64,000 bases of DNA from an uncultured Spirochaetota bacterium. Its GTDB lineage: Bacteria; Spirochaetota; UBA4802; UBA5550. The DNA is taken from assembly GCA_963727175.1 (NCBI GenBank), contig CAVSFD010000002.1:3928782-3992781 (forward strand), read 5' to 3'. Shown here piece by piece: positions 23,327-32,509 of this stretch (its first letter is position 1; the number at the start of each line of letters is the position of its first letter). A model generated the notes under the pieces. It was not told the DNA's origin and made no database searches. It saw only the letters and a program-made list of their open reading frames with translations. Made by a program: the position numbers and the translations under genes.

Positions 23327-24163
23327 TTATTTGCGGTCAGGTCCTATATTCACCCGTTCGTTTATCCTTCCCATGATATCTTCAATGGCTTCTTCGACAT
23401 CATCCACTGAAATGGTTATTATTTTTTCCGGGCATACCGTGGCGCAGTGACCGCACCCTTTGCACAGGCTTTCGTTCCAGGTGATCCCCTTGTCACCGAG
23501 AGAAAGTGCCCGGGTGAAGCATTCATTGACGCAGAGGCCGCACCTGGTGCATGCGGTATTGTCGATGCTGATCCGCAGGCCCTTCAGGCGGACCAGGGAA
23601 TCCTTCACATCATCGGGGAAGTAACGTGTTGATTTAAAGATCGTGCAGCAGCAGGGGCAGCAGAAGCAGACCGTAAGGGACCTGCCGGTGTTGGGAGTGC
23701 CGTAGAAAAAATCATCCATCCGCACCCTGCCGATCATGGGGATGAGCCCCAGGCCGATCATTTTCCGCATGTGTGCGATAGCGCCTTCAACGGACCGCGG
23801 TGTTGCTATGTGCGGGTCGAGGTAACTGGTGCCTTCACCGAGGTGCATGCATGCGTCTTCAACCGGGTAGTTCTTGCAGTGCTCTGACTCGCGGCATGTG
23901 CAGCGGTTGATGGTTATCCGGTGCGCGGAGCGGCGTATGAGTTCTTCCAGAACGCGTTCCGGGATATGGGTGCTGCCGGCGCCATTAATGTTCAGGTTGA
24001 TCGGTATGTGGCTGACATGGAAATTCCTGCCGGTGAACAAAGGACGGACCAGTACTGCAAAAAACGGTCCGATGATGGGCCACCGGGTCATCTTCGCGCT
24101 GGCCGAGGTTAACGGCCAAACGAATCTTAAAAAATCAAGCCACCAGGATGGACGTTTTTTCAT
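23327..24163 (-). CDS. Cys-rich Fe-S protein with C-terminal 2x[4Fe-4S] ferredoxin motifs (paralog of 59507..60592)
   Basis: TCxCRxxxxC motif, CFCCPCCC cluster, then CTRCGLCVNEC and CKGCGHCATVCP ferredoxin motifs. Confidence 0.55.
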   Translation of the reverse strand: MKKRPSWWLDFLRFVWPLTSASAKMTRWPIIGPFFAVLVRPLFTGRNFHVSHIPINLNINGAGSTHIPERVLEELIRRSAHRITINRCTCRESEHCKNYPVEDACMHLGEGTSYLDPHIATPRSVEGAIAHMRKMIGLGLIPMIGRVRMDDFFYGTPNTGRSLTVCFCCPCCCTIFKSTRYFPDDVKDSLVRLKGLRISIDNTACTRCGLCVNECFTRALSLGDKGITWNESLCKGCGHCATVCPEKIITISVDDVEEAIEDIMGRINERVNIGPDRK

Positions 24164-24299
24164 CGGCCGCTCCTTAATTGTTCAAATCGATCCACCATTA
24201 AAAAAGGCAGAAACAGCGAAAGCATATGGACTGCCACTCATGCAAATACTTGCAAAATGGAAGAATTTGTCAATCTGAATATTGCCGACCGTAGATTTC

Positions 24300-25691
24300 T
24301 CAAATCTGCTCAAAGTAGCGCGAACGTTCCCAGTCGGTGACTGCCCGGTCGTAGCACTGCAGTTCTGTTTTGAAAAAGTGAAGATAATGTTCAATTACGT
24401 CCGGCCCGAAGGCATCCCGCGCGAAGCTGCTCTGCTCAAGGGCTGCTACGGCGTCTCGAAGGGTGGCGGGAACACGGGGAAGTGACGGGGCGGCGTACAT
24501 ATCCCCCTCATAGAGCGCCGGCGGTTCGGTCCTGTACCTGACACCGTCAAGGCCTGAAGCCAGTGCGGCGGCAAATCCCAGGTACGGATTTATGTCGGCG
24601 CCGGGTATACGTGATTCTATGCGCAGTGATTCACCGCCGCCGACGATCCGGAAGCCGGCAGTCCTGTTATCATAGCTCCAGGCCAGTGCCGTGGGCGCCC
24701 AGGATCCGGCCTGGTACCTCTTGTATGAGTTGACCGTGGGGGCGTAGAAAGGCATCATCTCCGCAGCGTGGCCGATCCACCCCCCCAGGAACCAGCGGAA
24801 GATATCGGACCCGGTGACCGGGCCGATTTTTTCATTGCCGGCAAAAAGGCTTTTCTTACCTGAACGGTCCCAGATGCTCAGGTGCATATGGCAGCTGGAA
24901 CCTGCGAGCCCTTCGTCAAACTTGGCCATGAAGGTTACTGAAATGCCCAGGGCGTCCGCTACGTCCTTGAAGCACTGCTTGTACACCATCTGGCTATCGG
25001 CCATGGCAAGGACGTCGGAATAGCGTGTGTTCAATTCGTGCTGCCCGGGTCCCCATTCCCCCTTGCTGAATTCAACCGGCACGCCGCTGCCGGCAAGATG
25101 CCTGCGCACCGCAGCGTTGAGCGGCTCCTCCCGGGTTCCCTGAAGAATATGGTAGTCCTCAATATATGAACCGAAAGGTTTCAGATCATGGTAATGCTTA
25201 AAACGGGCACTTTCGTAGCTCTCTTTAAAAATATAGTATTCAAGCTCGGCGGCGCCCATGGGAAGGAATCCCATGGTCTCTGCTGCGGCGATTTGCTTTT
25301 TCAGCATCGACCGCGGCGAAATGGCGGTAAGGGCGCCTCCATGCTCATCGTAGATATCGCAGATGACCAGGGCGGTCTTATCAAGCCAGGCCGCATGCCT
25401 GAGGGTGGACATGTCGGGAACGCAGTGAAAATCGCCGTATCCGGTGTTCCAGTTGGCGTATCGGTAGCCGGAGACCGGGGTCATCTCCATGTCAACGGTG
25501 AAGAGGTAGTTGCACGCGTGCATGCCCGATTTCGACACCTGTTCGAGGAAAAAATCGGGAGCGATGCGCTTGCCGAAGAGGCGTCCGTACAGGTCAGGAA
25601 AGGCTGCGATAACGGTTTCTATTTCGCCGGAACGTATTTTTTCCTCCAGCTGCAGGAGGGTTAGCATTCCTCTGATCACTTTTTTTTCCAT
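24300..25691 (-). CDS. glutamine synthetase family protein (type I-like catalytic domain; possibly gamma-glutamyl-amine ligase)
   Basis: 463 aa with GS catalytic-domain signatures (FDGSS-like region, KPxxGxxGSGxHxH-like HMHLSIWD, NPY...). Confidence 0.75.
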   Translation of the reverse strand: MEKKVIRGMLTLLQLEEKIRSGEIETVIAAFPDLYGRLFGKRIAPDFFLEQVSKSGMHACNYLFTVDMEMTPVSGYRYANWNTGYGDFHCVPDMSTLRHAAWLDKTALVICDIYDEHGGALTAISPRSMLKKQIAAAETMGFLPMGAAELEYYIFKESYESARFKHYHDLKPFGSYIEDYHILQGTREEPLNAAVRRHLAGSGVPVEFSKGEWGPGQHELNTRYSDVLAMADSQMVYKQCFKDVADALGISVTFMAKFDEGLAGSSCHMHLSIWDRSGKKSLFAGNEKIGPVTGSDIFRWFLGGWIGHAAEMMPFYAPTVNSYKRYQAGSWAPTALAWSYDNRTAGFRIVGGGESLRIESRIPGADINPYLGFAAALASGLDGVRYRTEPPALYEGDMYAAPSLPRVPATLRDAVAALEQSSFARDAFGPDVIEHYLHFFKTELQCYDRAVTDWERSRYFEQI

Positions 25692-25724
25692 GGTAACCGT
25701 CCGGGTAATGGGATGAGGGTCCTG

Positions 25725-26057
25725 TCAGTCAAGCTGCTGAATGCGGAGAAGGTCCGATTTCCGGCCGAGGAAAAGGAGCTCCGAATGATCAGGGATGATG
25801 TCATTCGCCGTGGGTGCTATTTTCATGTTCTCCCATGCCTGCGAATCCGGGTTCCATGTATCGCTTCCTTTAAGGTACCTGATGCCCATGATCTGGCACT
25901 GGAAGCGAGCCCCGATCTGCAGATCCCTGATGCTGCTGCCGATGAAGCTTTTCGGGGGGCGGATGTTCATGATCATATAATCGCCGTTGTACTTTTTCAG
26001 GGATTTAGCGATCTGTGAACCAAATTCGCTCAGGCTGATGACAGTGTGTTTCTGCAT
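25725..26057 (-). CDS. stand-alone TrkA-C (RCK C-terminal) domain protein
   Basis: 110 aa matching the TrkA_C pattern (G.SIRDL...NPD....ND.I...LLFLG). Directly upstream of the GS-family gene on the same strand. Confidence 0.4.
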   Translation of the reverse strand: MQKHTVISLSEFGSQIAKSLKKYNGDYMIMNIRPPKSFIGSSIRDLQIGARFQCQIMGIRYLKGSDTWNPDSQAWENMKIAPTANDIIPDHSELLFLGRKSDLLRIQQLD

Positions 26058-26215
26058 GATCGTTTCTCCTTTTGTCGCTGGTATGATGATGGCGTATTGA
26101 ATCCTCGGAGGGCCGCTCTGTTACAGTATATACATATGAACCGTACTGCCATATATATCATGCAAAAAACAGTATATTCTTAAGAGCGATTGTCAAGCGT
26201 AAAAAAGAGCCTCCC

Positions 26216-26244
26216 TTGACATAGGTCAATGCGCGTTTTATAAT
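26216..26244 (+). promoter_or_regulatory. consensus sigma70 promoter (TTGACA-17-TATAAT) whose -35 lies inside a 14-bp FNR/Dnr-type palindrome TTGAC-ATAG-GTCAA
   Basis: TTGACA at 26216-26221. TATAAT at 26239-26244. Inverted repeat TTGACatagGTCAA at 26216-26229 matches the CRP/FNR-family half-sites TTGA(T/C)-N4-(A/G)TCAA. Confidence 0.45.
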
Positions 26245-26498
26245 CCCGTGGTATGTATTATATGTATTCTTAAGCCTGGTGCCGGAACAATGCAAATGCG
26301 GCAGTTAGCGGTGACGCAAACAGGTAGCGCACCATTGTTCAGCAAAGGCTGTTTTATCAGGGGTACCTTCAATTATGAAGGTGTATGGTCTGTCATTAGT
26401 TCAATATTCCGGGAAACTTGATTCCCCTGTTTTTGTGGAATATTATACTTACAACAGTATCATACAACCTATACAATTTTATAAATAAGGAAGGAGTT

Positions 26499-27047
26499 AT
26501 GGTAGATTCAAGCATGGTTCTCTGGGGTCAGACCCTTGCCTATACATTCTATGCCATTGCAATTATGGCCGTGATAGGATGGTTCGGGTACAAGGTAACA
26601 AAAAGTGGAAAGGGCAGGGAGATTAAACCCGCGCTCTTTTACGCGTTTGTCGGATTCCTGGTTGTGACAGGGGTATCGCTGCACATCATTACCCACGAAA
26701 CAATTCCATGGAAACCGATGGACCTTAACCGGTCGGCAATTAAAGCCGATAAAACATTTTCAATACAGATCGTTCAGCATAAATTCATATTGCCCCCGGG
26801 AAAAATGGTGATCAAGAAGGGTGAAATCGTAAGGTTTAATGTAACGTCAGATGATCTGACCTATGGTTTCGGTTTGTTCCGCGCGGATAATTCCATGGTT
26901 TTTCAAATGCAGGTCCTTCCCGGATATGTGAACGATATACTCTGGCGTTTCGAAAAGACCGGCGTGTATACCATACGGTCAACTGAATATTCCGGACCAA
27001 AAGGACTGGGGATGATCGAGAAGAACGCGGTTGAAGTCACGGATTAA
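26499..27047 (+). CDS. heme-copper-oxidase subunit II-like protein (2 TM + cupredoxin-like domain, no CuA ligands, no heme-c motif)
   Basis: Two N-terminal TM helices. The subunit-II-like periplasmic domain (FNVTSDDLTYGFGLF...YTIRSTEYSGPKGLGM) aligns with the CuA loop but lacks the H/C/C/H/M ligands. RBS AAGGAGG before the ATG at 26499. Confidence 0.6.
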   Translation: MVDSSMVLWGQTLAYTFYAIAIMAVIGWFGYKVTKSGKGREIKPALFYAFVGFLVVTGVSLHIITHETIPWKPMDLNRSAIKADKTFSIQIVQHKFILPPGKMVIKKGEIVRFNVTSDDLTYGFGLFRADNSMVFQMQVLPGYVNDILWRFEKTGVYTIRSTEYSGPKGLGMIEKNAVEVTD

Positions 27048-27091
27048 TGCTGGCCGCATATAAATTTTTAATTAACATAAGGAATTAAAAA

Positions 27092-28714
27092 ATGAACTTG
27101 ATACAAACTTTTTTGAAAGGTGAGCAGGGTTTATTCAAGCCGGATTCCCTGACGCCGATGCAGAAATTGACACTGCGTTTTGTCGTGGTAGGTATTCTCT
27201 ATTACGGCCTCGTGGTGCTTGAGGGTATGATCATGAGGATGTACCTGGTGAAACCGGTGATCGATCTTGTTCCTCCAGAACAGTATTACGCGATAATGAC
27301 AGCCCATCCTCTGGTTGGGATTTTCGGATCGACCTATTCGATCGTATTCGGCGCCTTTCTCTTCCTGGTGCCTTTTCTCATGAAAAAACCGCTCTGGAGC
27401 ATAAAGCTCGGCAACTGGACATGCGGTTTGGTTGCAGGAGGTACGTTCACCTTCTGGCTTTCAGGATTTATCACGCATTACGCTCCGATGTATACTCTTT
27501 ACTGGCCGCTTCCAGCTGATTTTACCCAGTTCAGCCTATGGGGCGGGATATTTTTCATCGCCGGCATCGCGCTGGTCATGGTAGGTACGGTGTTCTTTGT
27601 GATAAACATATTCACGACTATAACCTACACGCCCGAAGGAATGAAGAAACAGCCCGTCGGAGCTCTCCTTGGCTCTGCGCTTGGATTGAGCGGTTTCAGG
27701 AATCTCTTCACAAAAAATAAGAAAGAACATCTTGTGTCACTGCCTGTTGCCGCTATCGCCCGCGGCACCATAGATACCGCCCTTAATTCGGGCATTATCC
27801 TTTTCACCGGCGTGCTGATACTGGTGTATATGATAGCAGCCGTGTTCGGCGTAAACTTGAAGCATTCCGCCGTTGACGCGCTGCTGTACAAGAACTGGTT
27901 CTGGTGGGGCCTTGACCTGATCGCGGACGGGCTGGTGCTGATTTTTGTCGCCGGGACCTGGTATCTTCTCGCCACCCTCATCACCGGGAAAAAGCTGTTC
28001 ATGGAAAACGTCGCCAGGGCGGCTCTCTTCGTCGAACTGGTGGTATCATGGACTGTCTGGTCACACCACCTTATGTCTGACCAGGCCCAGCCGGGAATCC
28101 TGAAGGTAGTATCGGGCGAAATGGTCACGGCCTTTGAGCTCATAACACAGGGACTGGCCTTCTTTATTACCCTGGTGACGCTCTGGAGCGCTCGGCCCCT
28201 TAAGATGACCAACCCTCTCAAGTTCCTCCTGGGCGGTCTCCTTGGCTTCGGACTCGCGGTGCCGGCAGGCATCATCCAGGCCGACCTGGGACTGAACAGG
28301 ATCCTGCATAATACCCAGTGGATCGTGGGTCCCCATGTTCACGTAGCTGTCCTGGTGGGTCTCACCATGACGCTTTATTCAGCGGTCTATTACCTCTTCC
28401 CGGTCCTGACGAACGGCGCCAAGCTTTACAGCGAAAAGCTCGCCAACATACATTTCTGGTGCCACCTCCTCGGCGGTATCGGCATGGGCGCCTTCATGGG
28501 AATGGCAGGTTTACAGGGGATGCTGCGGCGGACGATATATTTTGAAGGAGAGTTTACACCCTTCATGATACTCGCGGCCCTTGCAGGTTCGCTGCTCCTC
28601 ATCGGCTTCGCAGCCTTCTTCTTTAATATAGTCATGAGTGTCGGTCTGAATGGCGTAATCGGAATTTTCCTGCCGTCAAAATTAAAAACAAAAGATCTGC
28701 TGCCAGGCAAATAA
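27092..28714 (+). CDS. divergent heme-copper oxidase superfamily subunit I (NOR/oxidase-like; helix-VI CuB histidine replaced)
   Basis: 12-TM protein. Helix II IMTAHPLVGIFG has the low-spin heme His. Helix VII WSHHLM has the two CuB His. Helix X GPHVHVAV is the H-x-H heme pair. HFWCHLLGG...GMLRRT region present. The helix-VI GHPEVY position reads DALLYKNWFWWGLDLIADG, so the His and the cross-link Tyr are absent. Confidence 0.7.
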   Translation: MNLIQTFLKGEQGLFKPDSLTPMQKLTLRFVVVGILYYGLVVLEGMIMRMYLVKPVIDLVPPEQYYAIMTAHPLVGIFGSTYSIVFGAFLFLVPFLMKKPLWSIKLGNWTCGLVAGGTFTFWLSGFITHYAPMYTLYWPLPADFTQFSLWGGIFFIAGIALVMVGTVFFVINIFTTITYTPEGMKKQPVGALLGSALGLSGFRNLFTKNKKEHLVSLPVAAIARGTIDTALNSGIILFTGVLILVYMIAAVFGVNLKHSAVDALLYKNWFWWGLDLIADGLVLIFVAGTWYLLATLITGKKLFMENVARAALFVELVVSWTVWSHHLMSDQAQPGILKVVSGEMVTAFELITQGLAFFITLVTLWSARPLKMTNPLKFLLGGLLGFGLAVPAGIIQADLGLNRILHNTQWIVGPHVHVAVLVGLTMTLYSAVYYLFPVLTNGAKLYSEKLANIHFWCHLLGGIGMGAFMGMAGLQGMLRRTIYFEGEFTPFMILAALAGSLLLIGFAAFFFNIVMSVGLNGVIGIFLPSKLKTKDLLPGK

Positions 28715-28740
28715 AAGCCTGACAGAAGAACAGTATGTAA

Positions 28741-28776
28741 ACCCGTTTCCTGATTTGCCAGGGAACGGGTTTTTTC
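28741..28776 (+). terminator. rho-independent terminator (aacccgtttcc...ggaacgggtttttt)
   Basis: 10-bp stem and T tract directly after the subunit I stop. Confidence 0.55.
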
Positions 28777-28805
28777 ATATGGTACTTATGAAAAAAGTTG
28801 TGATT

Positions 28806-28975
28806 AATTAGAAGGGAAGGGTGCCATCCCGGTGAGCAGGCAACAAGGATGTCGCCGATCCCGCCAAGTCGTCAGGGTGCGCTTGCCAGGATGGCCGAGT
28901 GCAGAGCCGCGACAGGAGGTCGCATTTGGCTCTGCTTATCCGAGGCGGGCGAGCTGGTTGGCTCCCTTCCCGAAA
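28806..28975 (+). other. GC-rich, internally complementary leader between the terminator and gcvR; candidate structured cis-regulatory RNA of unknown class
   Basis: About 170 nt at ~65% GC between AT-rich sequence on both sides. 5' gggaaggg...gcca pairs with 3' tggc...cccttccc. Contains caggcaacaagga and cgccga motifs. Confidence 0.2.
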
Positions 28976-29110
28976 TATCAAATACTGCCCATAAAAAATT
29001 CATACGACATAAAAATTTTAACTTGTATTTTTCCATGATGCGTATATTGATAATCCTTATAATTTTCAAATAATCAATAAAACAGTTCTGTTATTAATTA
29101 TCATGGTGGT

Positions 29111-29656
29111 ATGATGAGTTCATATATTGTTCTCACAGCTGTCGGATCCGACAGGCCGGGACTGGTTGATGAAATAAGCTCCTTCCTGGCAGCGCGTAAG
29201 ATCAACATCGAAGACAGCCGCATGGCGGTCCTGGGCGGCGAATTCGCGGTCATCCTTCTCGCCTCCGGCCCCGCAACCATCGTGGACAAACTGGGGATAG
29301 CATTGAGTATTCTGGAAAAAAGCACCGGCCTGAGCGTGCAGGTGAAGAATACCCTGTCCCCGCACCAGAGGAAAATAGCGCCGTCGATGCCCCATCGTCT
29401 TTCAGCCACCAGCATGGACCATCCGGGCATTGTTCACGAGATAACCCGCATATTGCATAAGAGGAACATCAATATCGAATCAATGGAAACCCGCGTTACC
29501 AATGCTCCTCTGAGCGGCGCACCGATTTTCAACATGAAATGCATAATAAATATTCCTGTCGAGGAAAAAGCTTCAACTATCCGCAAAGAACTGGAAAAGC
29601 TGGGCGATAAAATGGATATCGACATTGAAATCGACGCGGTCGATACCTTTCAATAA
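29111..29656 (+). CDS. gcvR: two-ACT-domain regulatory protein (GcvR-like glycine cleavage system regulator)
   Basis: 181 aa with two ACT repeats (LTAVGSDRPGLVDEISSFLA; LSATSMDHPGIVHEITRIL). Located immediately upstream of gcvT. Confidence 0.55.
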   Translation: MMSSYIVLTAVGSDRPGLVDEISSFLAARKINIEDSRMAVLGGEFAVILLASGPATIVDKLGIALSILEKSTGLSVQVKNTLSPHQRKIAPSMPHRLSATSMDHPGIVHEITRILHKRNINIESMETRVTNAPLSGAPIFNMKCIINIPVEEKASTIRKELEKLGDKMDIDIEIDAVDTFQ

Positions 29657-29680
29657 CAATAACGGTGATCGAACATAACA

Positions 29681-30775
29681 ATGGATAAAAATACCCCACT
29701 CCATGAAGAGCATCTGAAGCTGAAGGCCCTCATGGCACCTTTCGCCGGATGGAACATGCCGATCCATTACGGCAGCATCCTCGACGAGACAAAGCATACC
29801 AGGACGGCCGTATCGCTTTTTGACATATCCCACATGGGAGAATTCATCATCAGGGAAAATCCTTCGAAGTCATCCCTGGATTCCATTGTCACCATTCCGG
29901 TTGTGAAAATGAAGACCCAGCGGTGCCGGTACGGGTTTCTGCTCAATGAAAATGGCAGGATACTCGATGATCTCATCACCTATCGGATCGCCGCAGATGA
30001 ATGGATGCTGGTGGTCAATGCCGCCAATGAGCAGAAAGACATGAACGCCATCCGGAAACAGCTCTCCCCGGACGCGTCATTTGAAAACATTTCCCCGAGG
30101 ATCGTCAAACTGGACCTTCAGGGCCCCGGATCGCTGGCCGTGCTGAAAAGCATCGTCGGAGATGAAGTAAAACGTCTCACCTATTACGGGTTCCAGTTTT
30201 TCAGCTTTCTCGGCGGAAACTTTATTATCAGCCGTACCGGGTATACCGGGGAGCTCGGCTTCGAGATCTATGTTGATTCCAGCAGGGGCGTCGAGCTCTG
30301 GCAGACACTGCTGAAGAACCCGGCGGTGAAACCGGCGGGCCTCGGGGCGCGTGACATTTTACGGTTGGAGATGGGTCTTCCCCTCTATGGGAATGAGTTT
30401 ACCGAGGAGCTGACACCCCTTGACAGCGGCATGGAGCGTTTCCTTGACATGGAAAAGGAATTCACCGGGAAGCAGGCCCTCATCGAGCAGAAAAAGCGGG
30501 GCATGCCGCGCACCCTCGTGGGATTTGCCGTGGACGGAAGGAGGACCCCGCGCCATGAAAACAGGATCCTCGCCGGCGTTAAAGACGCCGGTTTCGTCAC
30601 GAGCGGCGTTTTTTCTCCCCATTTGAATAAAGGCATCGGCATGGGCTATGTCGACACGGCGTTAAGCGGTGAAGGCACGGCCATTGCCATCGATACCGGC
30701 AAGGGAATCATCAACGCAGCTGTCGCGAAGGTCCCTTTTCTTAAAGAAACATCTATCAAATATTCGGAGGTTTAA
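29681..30775 (+). CDS. gcvT: glycine cleavage system T protein (aminomethyltransferase)
   Basis: 364 aa. GcvT motifs (LFDISHMGE, GYTGELGFEI) and operon context. Confidence 0.9.
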   Translation: MDKNTPLHEEHLKLKALMAPFAGWNMPIHYGSILDETKHTRTAVSLFDISHMGEFIIRENPSKSSLDSIVTIPVVKMKTQRCRYGFLLNENGRILDDLITYRIAADEWMLVVNAANEQKDMNAIRKQLSPDASFENISPRIVKLDLQGPGSLAVLKSIVGDEVKRLTYYGFQFFSFLGGNFIISRTGYTGELGFEIYVDSSRGVELWQTLLKNPAVKPAGLGARDILRLEMGLPLYGNEFTEELTPLDSGMERFLDMEKEFTGKQALIEQKKRGMPRTLVGFAVDGRRTPRHENRILAGVKDAGFVTSGVFSPHLNKGIGMGYVDTALSGEGTAIAIDTGKGIINAAVAKVPFLKETSIKYSEV

Positions 30776-30779
30776 GGGC

Positions 30780-31172
30780 ATGAATAGTACTGTCCTTGAG
30801 GGTTATTATTATACCAGGGAACACGAATGGGTAAAAATCGACGGGTCTAAGGCTAAAATCGGCATCAGCGATTACGCCCAGCAGAAGCTGGGGGACATCA
30901 CCTTCGTCGATCCGACGGAACCTGGCAAGAAGGTCAAACAGTTCGAATTCCTCACCGGCATCGAATCTGTGAAGGCAGCCAGCGATATTTATTCGCCCCT
31001 GTCGGGGACCATTGCCGCGTTCAACGAGGCTCTCGATCAGGCCCCTGAGCTTGTAAACAAGTCATGCTACACCGACGGCTGGATAGCTGAGATCGAAGTT
31101 GCCGATCCGGTAGAGACAAAGAACCTCATGGATGCAGCGGCATATAAGCAATACACGGCCGGGCTGGAATAG
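30780..31172 (+). CDS. gcvH: glycine cleavage system H protein (lipoyl carrier)
   Basis: Lipoyl-lysine context IESVKAASDIYSPLSG. GGAGG RBS at 30766-30770. Start at the ATG at 30780 rather than the ORF-track 30669. Confidence 0.9.
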   Translation: MNSTVLEGYYYTREHEWVKIDGSKAKIGISDYAQQKLGDITFVDPTEPGKKVKQFEFLTGIESVKAASDIYSPLSGTIAAFNEALDQAPELVNKSCYTDGWIAEIEVADPVETKNLMDAAAYKQYTAGLE

Positions 31173-31174
31173 AC

Positions 31175-32509
31175 ATGGCGCGGTTCACACCCCATACAGA
31201 CCGGGACGTGCGGGAGATGCTTGACGCCATCGGCGTTGATTCGATCGACCGGCTCTTTACCGATATCCCTGAAAATCTCTGGCCCGAATCCTTTAACCTC
31301 CCTTCTGGAATGACCGAGAACGAAACGGTCAGGGTATTCAATGACCTGGCGCACCGGAACAGGACCGACCTGGTTTCATTCCTGGGAGGGGGCTATTACG
31401 ACCACTTCATCCCGGCTGCCGTTGATACCGTGTCATCGCGTTCGGAATTTTTTACCGCCTATACACCGTACCAGCCGGAAGCGTCCCAGGGTACACTGCG
31501 CGCGATTTTTGAATACCAGACCATGATAGCGGGAATAGCCGGCCTGGATTATGCCAACGCGTCCCTTTATGACGGCGGCACTGCCCTGTACGAGGCGATC
31601 GCCATGGCGGTTCGGACCAACAACCGGAGGAAAGTGGTCATCGATGCCGGAGTCAATCCCCTCTTCAGAAAAATTATCAGAACCTATGTGGTCAATATTG
31701 ATATTGAAATTATCGAAGCGGATCTCAAGGATATTTATACCGATACTGAAAAGCTTGAATCACTTCTTGATGATACTACCGCTGCGCTGGTGGTGCAGAA
31801 CCCGAACTTTTTCGGCATTGTTGAGGATTACGGCCCTCTCTTTGAAAAGGCCCGGGCCAGAGGCGTGGTGAATATCCTCGTCTTCTACCCGGTATCACTG
31901 GGTATCCTGAAAACGCCCGGCGAAATGAAGGCTGACATCGCTGTCGGCGAAGGACAATCCCTGGGTATGCCCCTTGCCTTCGGCGGCCCGTATCTTGGTC
32001 TCATGGCAGTGGAAAAGAAGTTTGTCCGCAAGATGCCGGGGCGCATCGTGGGAGAGACCGTTGACCGGTCCGGCCGCCAGTCCTTCGTGCTGACCCTCCA
32101 GGCGAGGGAACAGCATATCCGCAGGGAGAAGGCGACATCGAACATATGCTCAAACCAGGCCCTGTGCGCCCTGCGGGCCGTGGTCTACCTGTCTCTCCTG
32201 GGAAAGGAGGGCTTCAGGAACACCGCTCTCCTCTGCATGGAGCGGGCCGAATACATGAAAAAGCAGGTAAGTTCACTGCCGGGTGTCAGGGTCATGGACG
32301 GGCAGACCTTCAACGAATTTACCGCGCTTCTTCCGGTACCGGCCATTAATTTCGTTAAAGGAATGTTTGACAGCGGATTTGCGGCAGGCCTGCCTGCGTC
32401 GGTTTTTTTCAGAGACATGGACCGCTCCCTGATCATTGGTGTCACTGAAAAGAGATCGATTAAGGATATAGACGATTATGCGGCGGCGGCGCGGAAGGTG
32501 TTGTCATGA
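31175..32509 (+). CDS. gcvPA: glycine dehydrogenase (decarboxylating) subunit 1 (P-protein alpha)
   Basis: 444 aa. N-terminal GcvP subunit 1 signature (FLGGGYYDHFIPA, YTPYQPE-SQG). Stop overlaps the gcvPB start. Confidence 0.9.
   Translation: MARFTPHTDRDVREMLDAIGVDSIDRLFTDIPENLWPESFNLPSGMTENETVRVFNDLAHRNRTDLVSFLGGGYYDHFIPAAVDTVSSRSEFFTAYTPYQPEASQGTLRAIFEYQTMIAGIAGLDYANASLYDGGTALYEAIAMAVRTNNRRKVVIDAGVNPLFRKIIRTYVVNIDIEIIEADLKDIYTDTEKLESLLDDTTAALVVQNPNFFGIVEDYGPLFEKARARGVVNILVFYPVSLGILKTPGEMKADIAVGEGQSLGMPLAFGGPYLGLMAVEKKFVRKMPGRIVGETVDRSGRQSFVLTLQAREQHIRREKATSNICSNQALCALRAVVYLSLLGKEGFRNTALLCMERAEYMKKQVSSLPGVRVMDGQTFNEFTALLPVPAINFVKGMFDSGFAAGLPASVFFRDMDRSLIIGVTEKRSIKDIDDYAAAARKVLS

Noticed and set aside
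26270-26300. Possible sigma54 promoter (tggtgccggaacaatgca) upstream of the HCO-like operon
   Set aside because: The GG and GC dinucleotides are 12 nt apart rather than the 10 nt required for a -24/-12 element.
28806-28975. Canonical glycine riboswitch, or RNase P/SRP/tmRNA, in the gcvR leader
   Set aside because: The conserved glycine-aptamer blocks (GGAGAG ... CGCCGAAGGAGCAA ... CUCAGGCAAAAGGAC) are not present in the required order. The element is far too short for RNase P and lacks the P4 sequences. There is no SRP domain IV motif or tmRNA ends. Kept only as an unclassified structured element.
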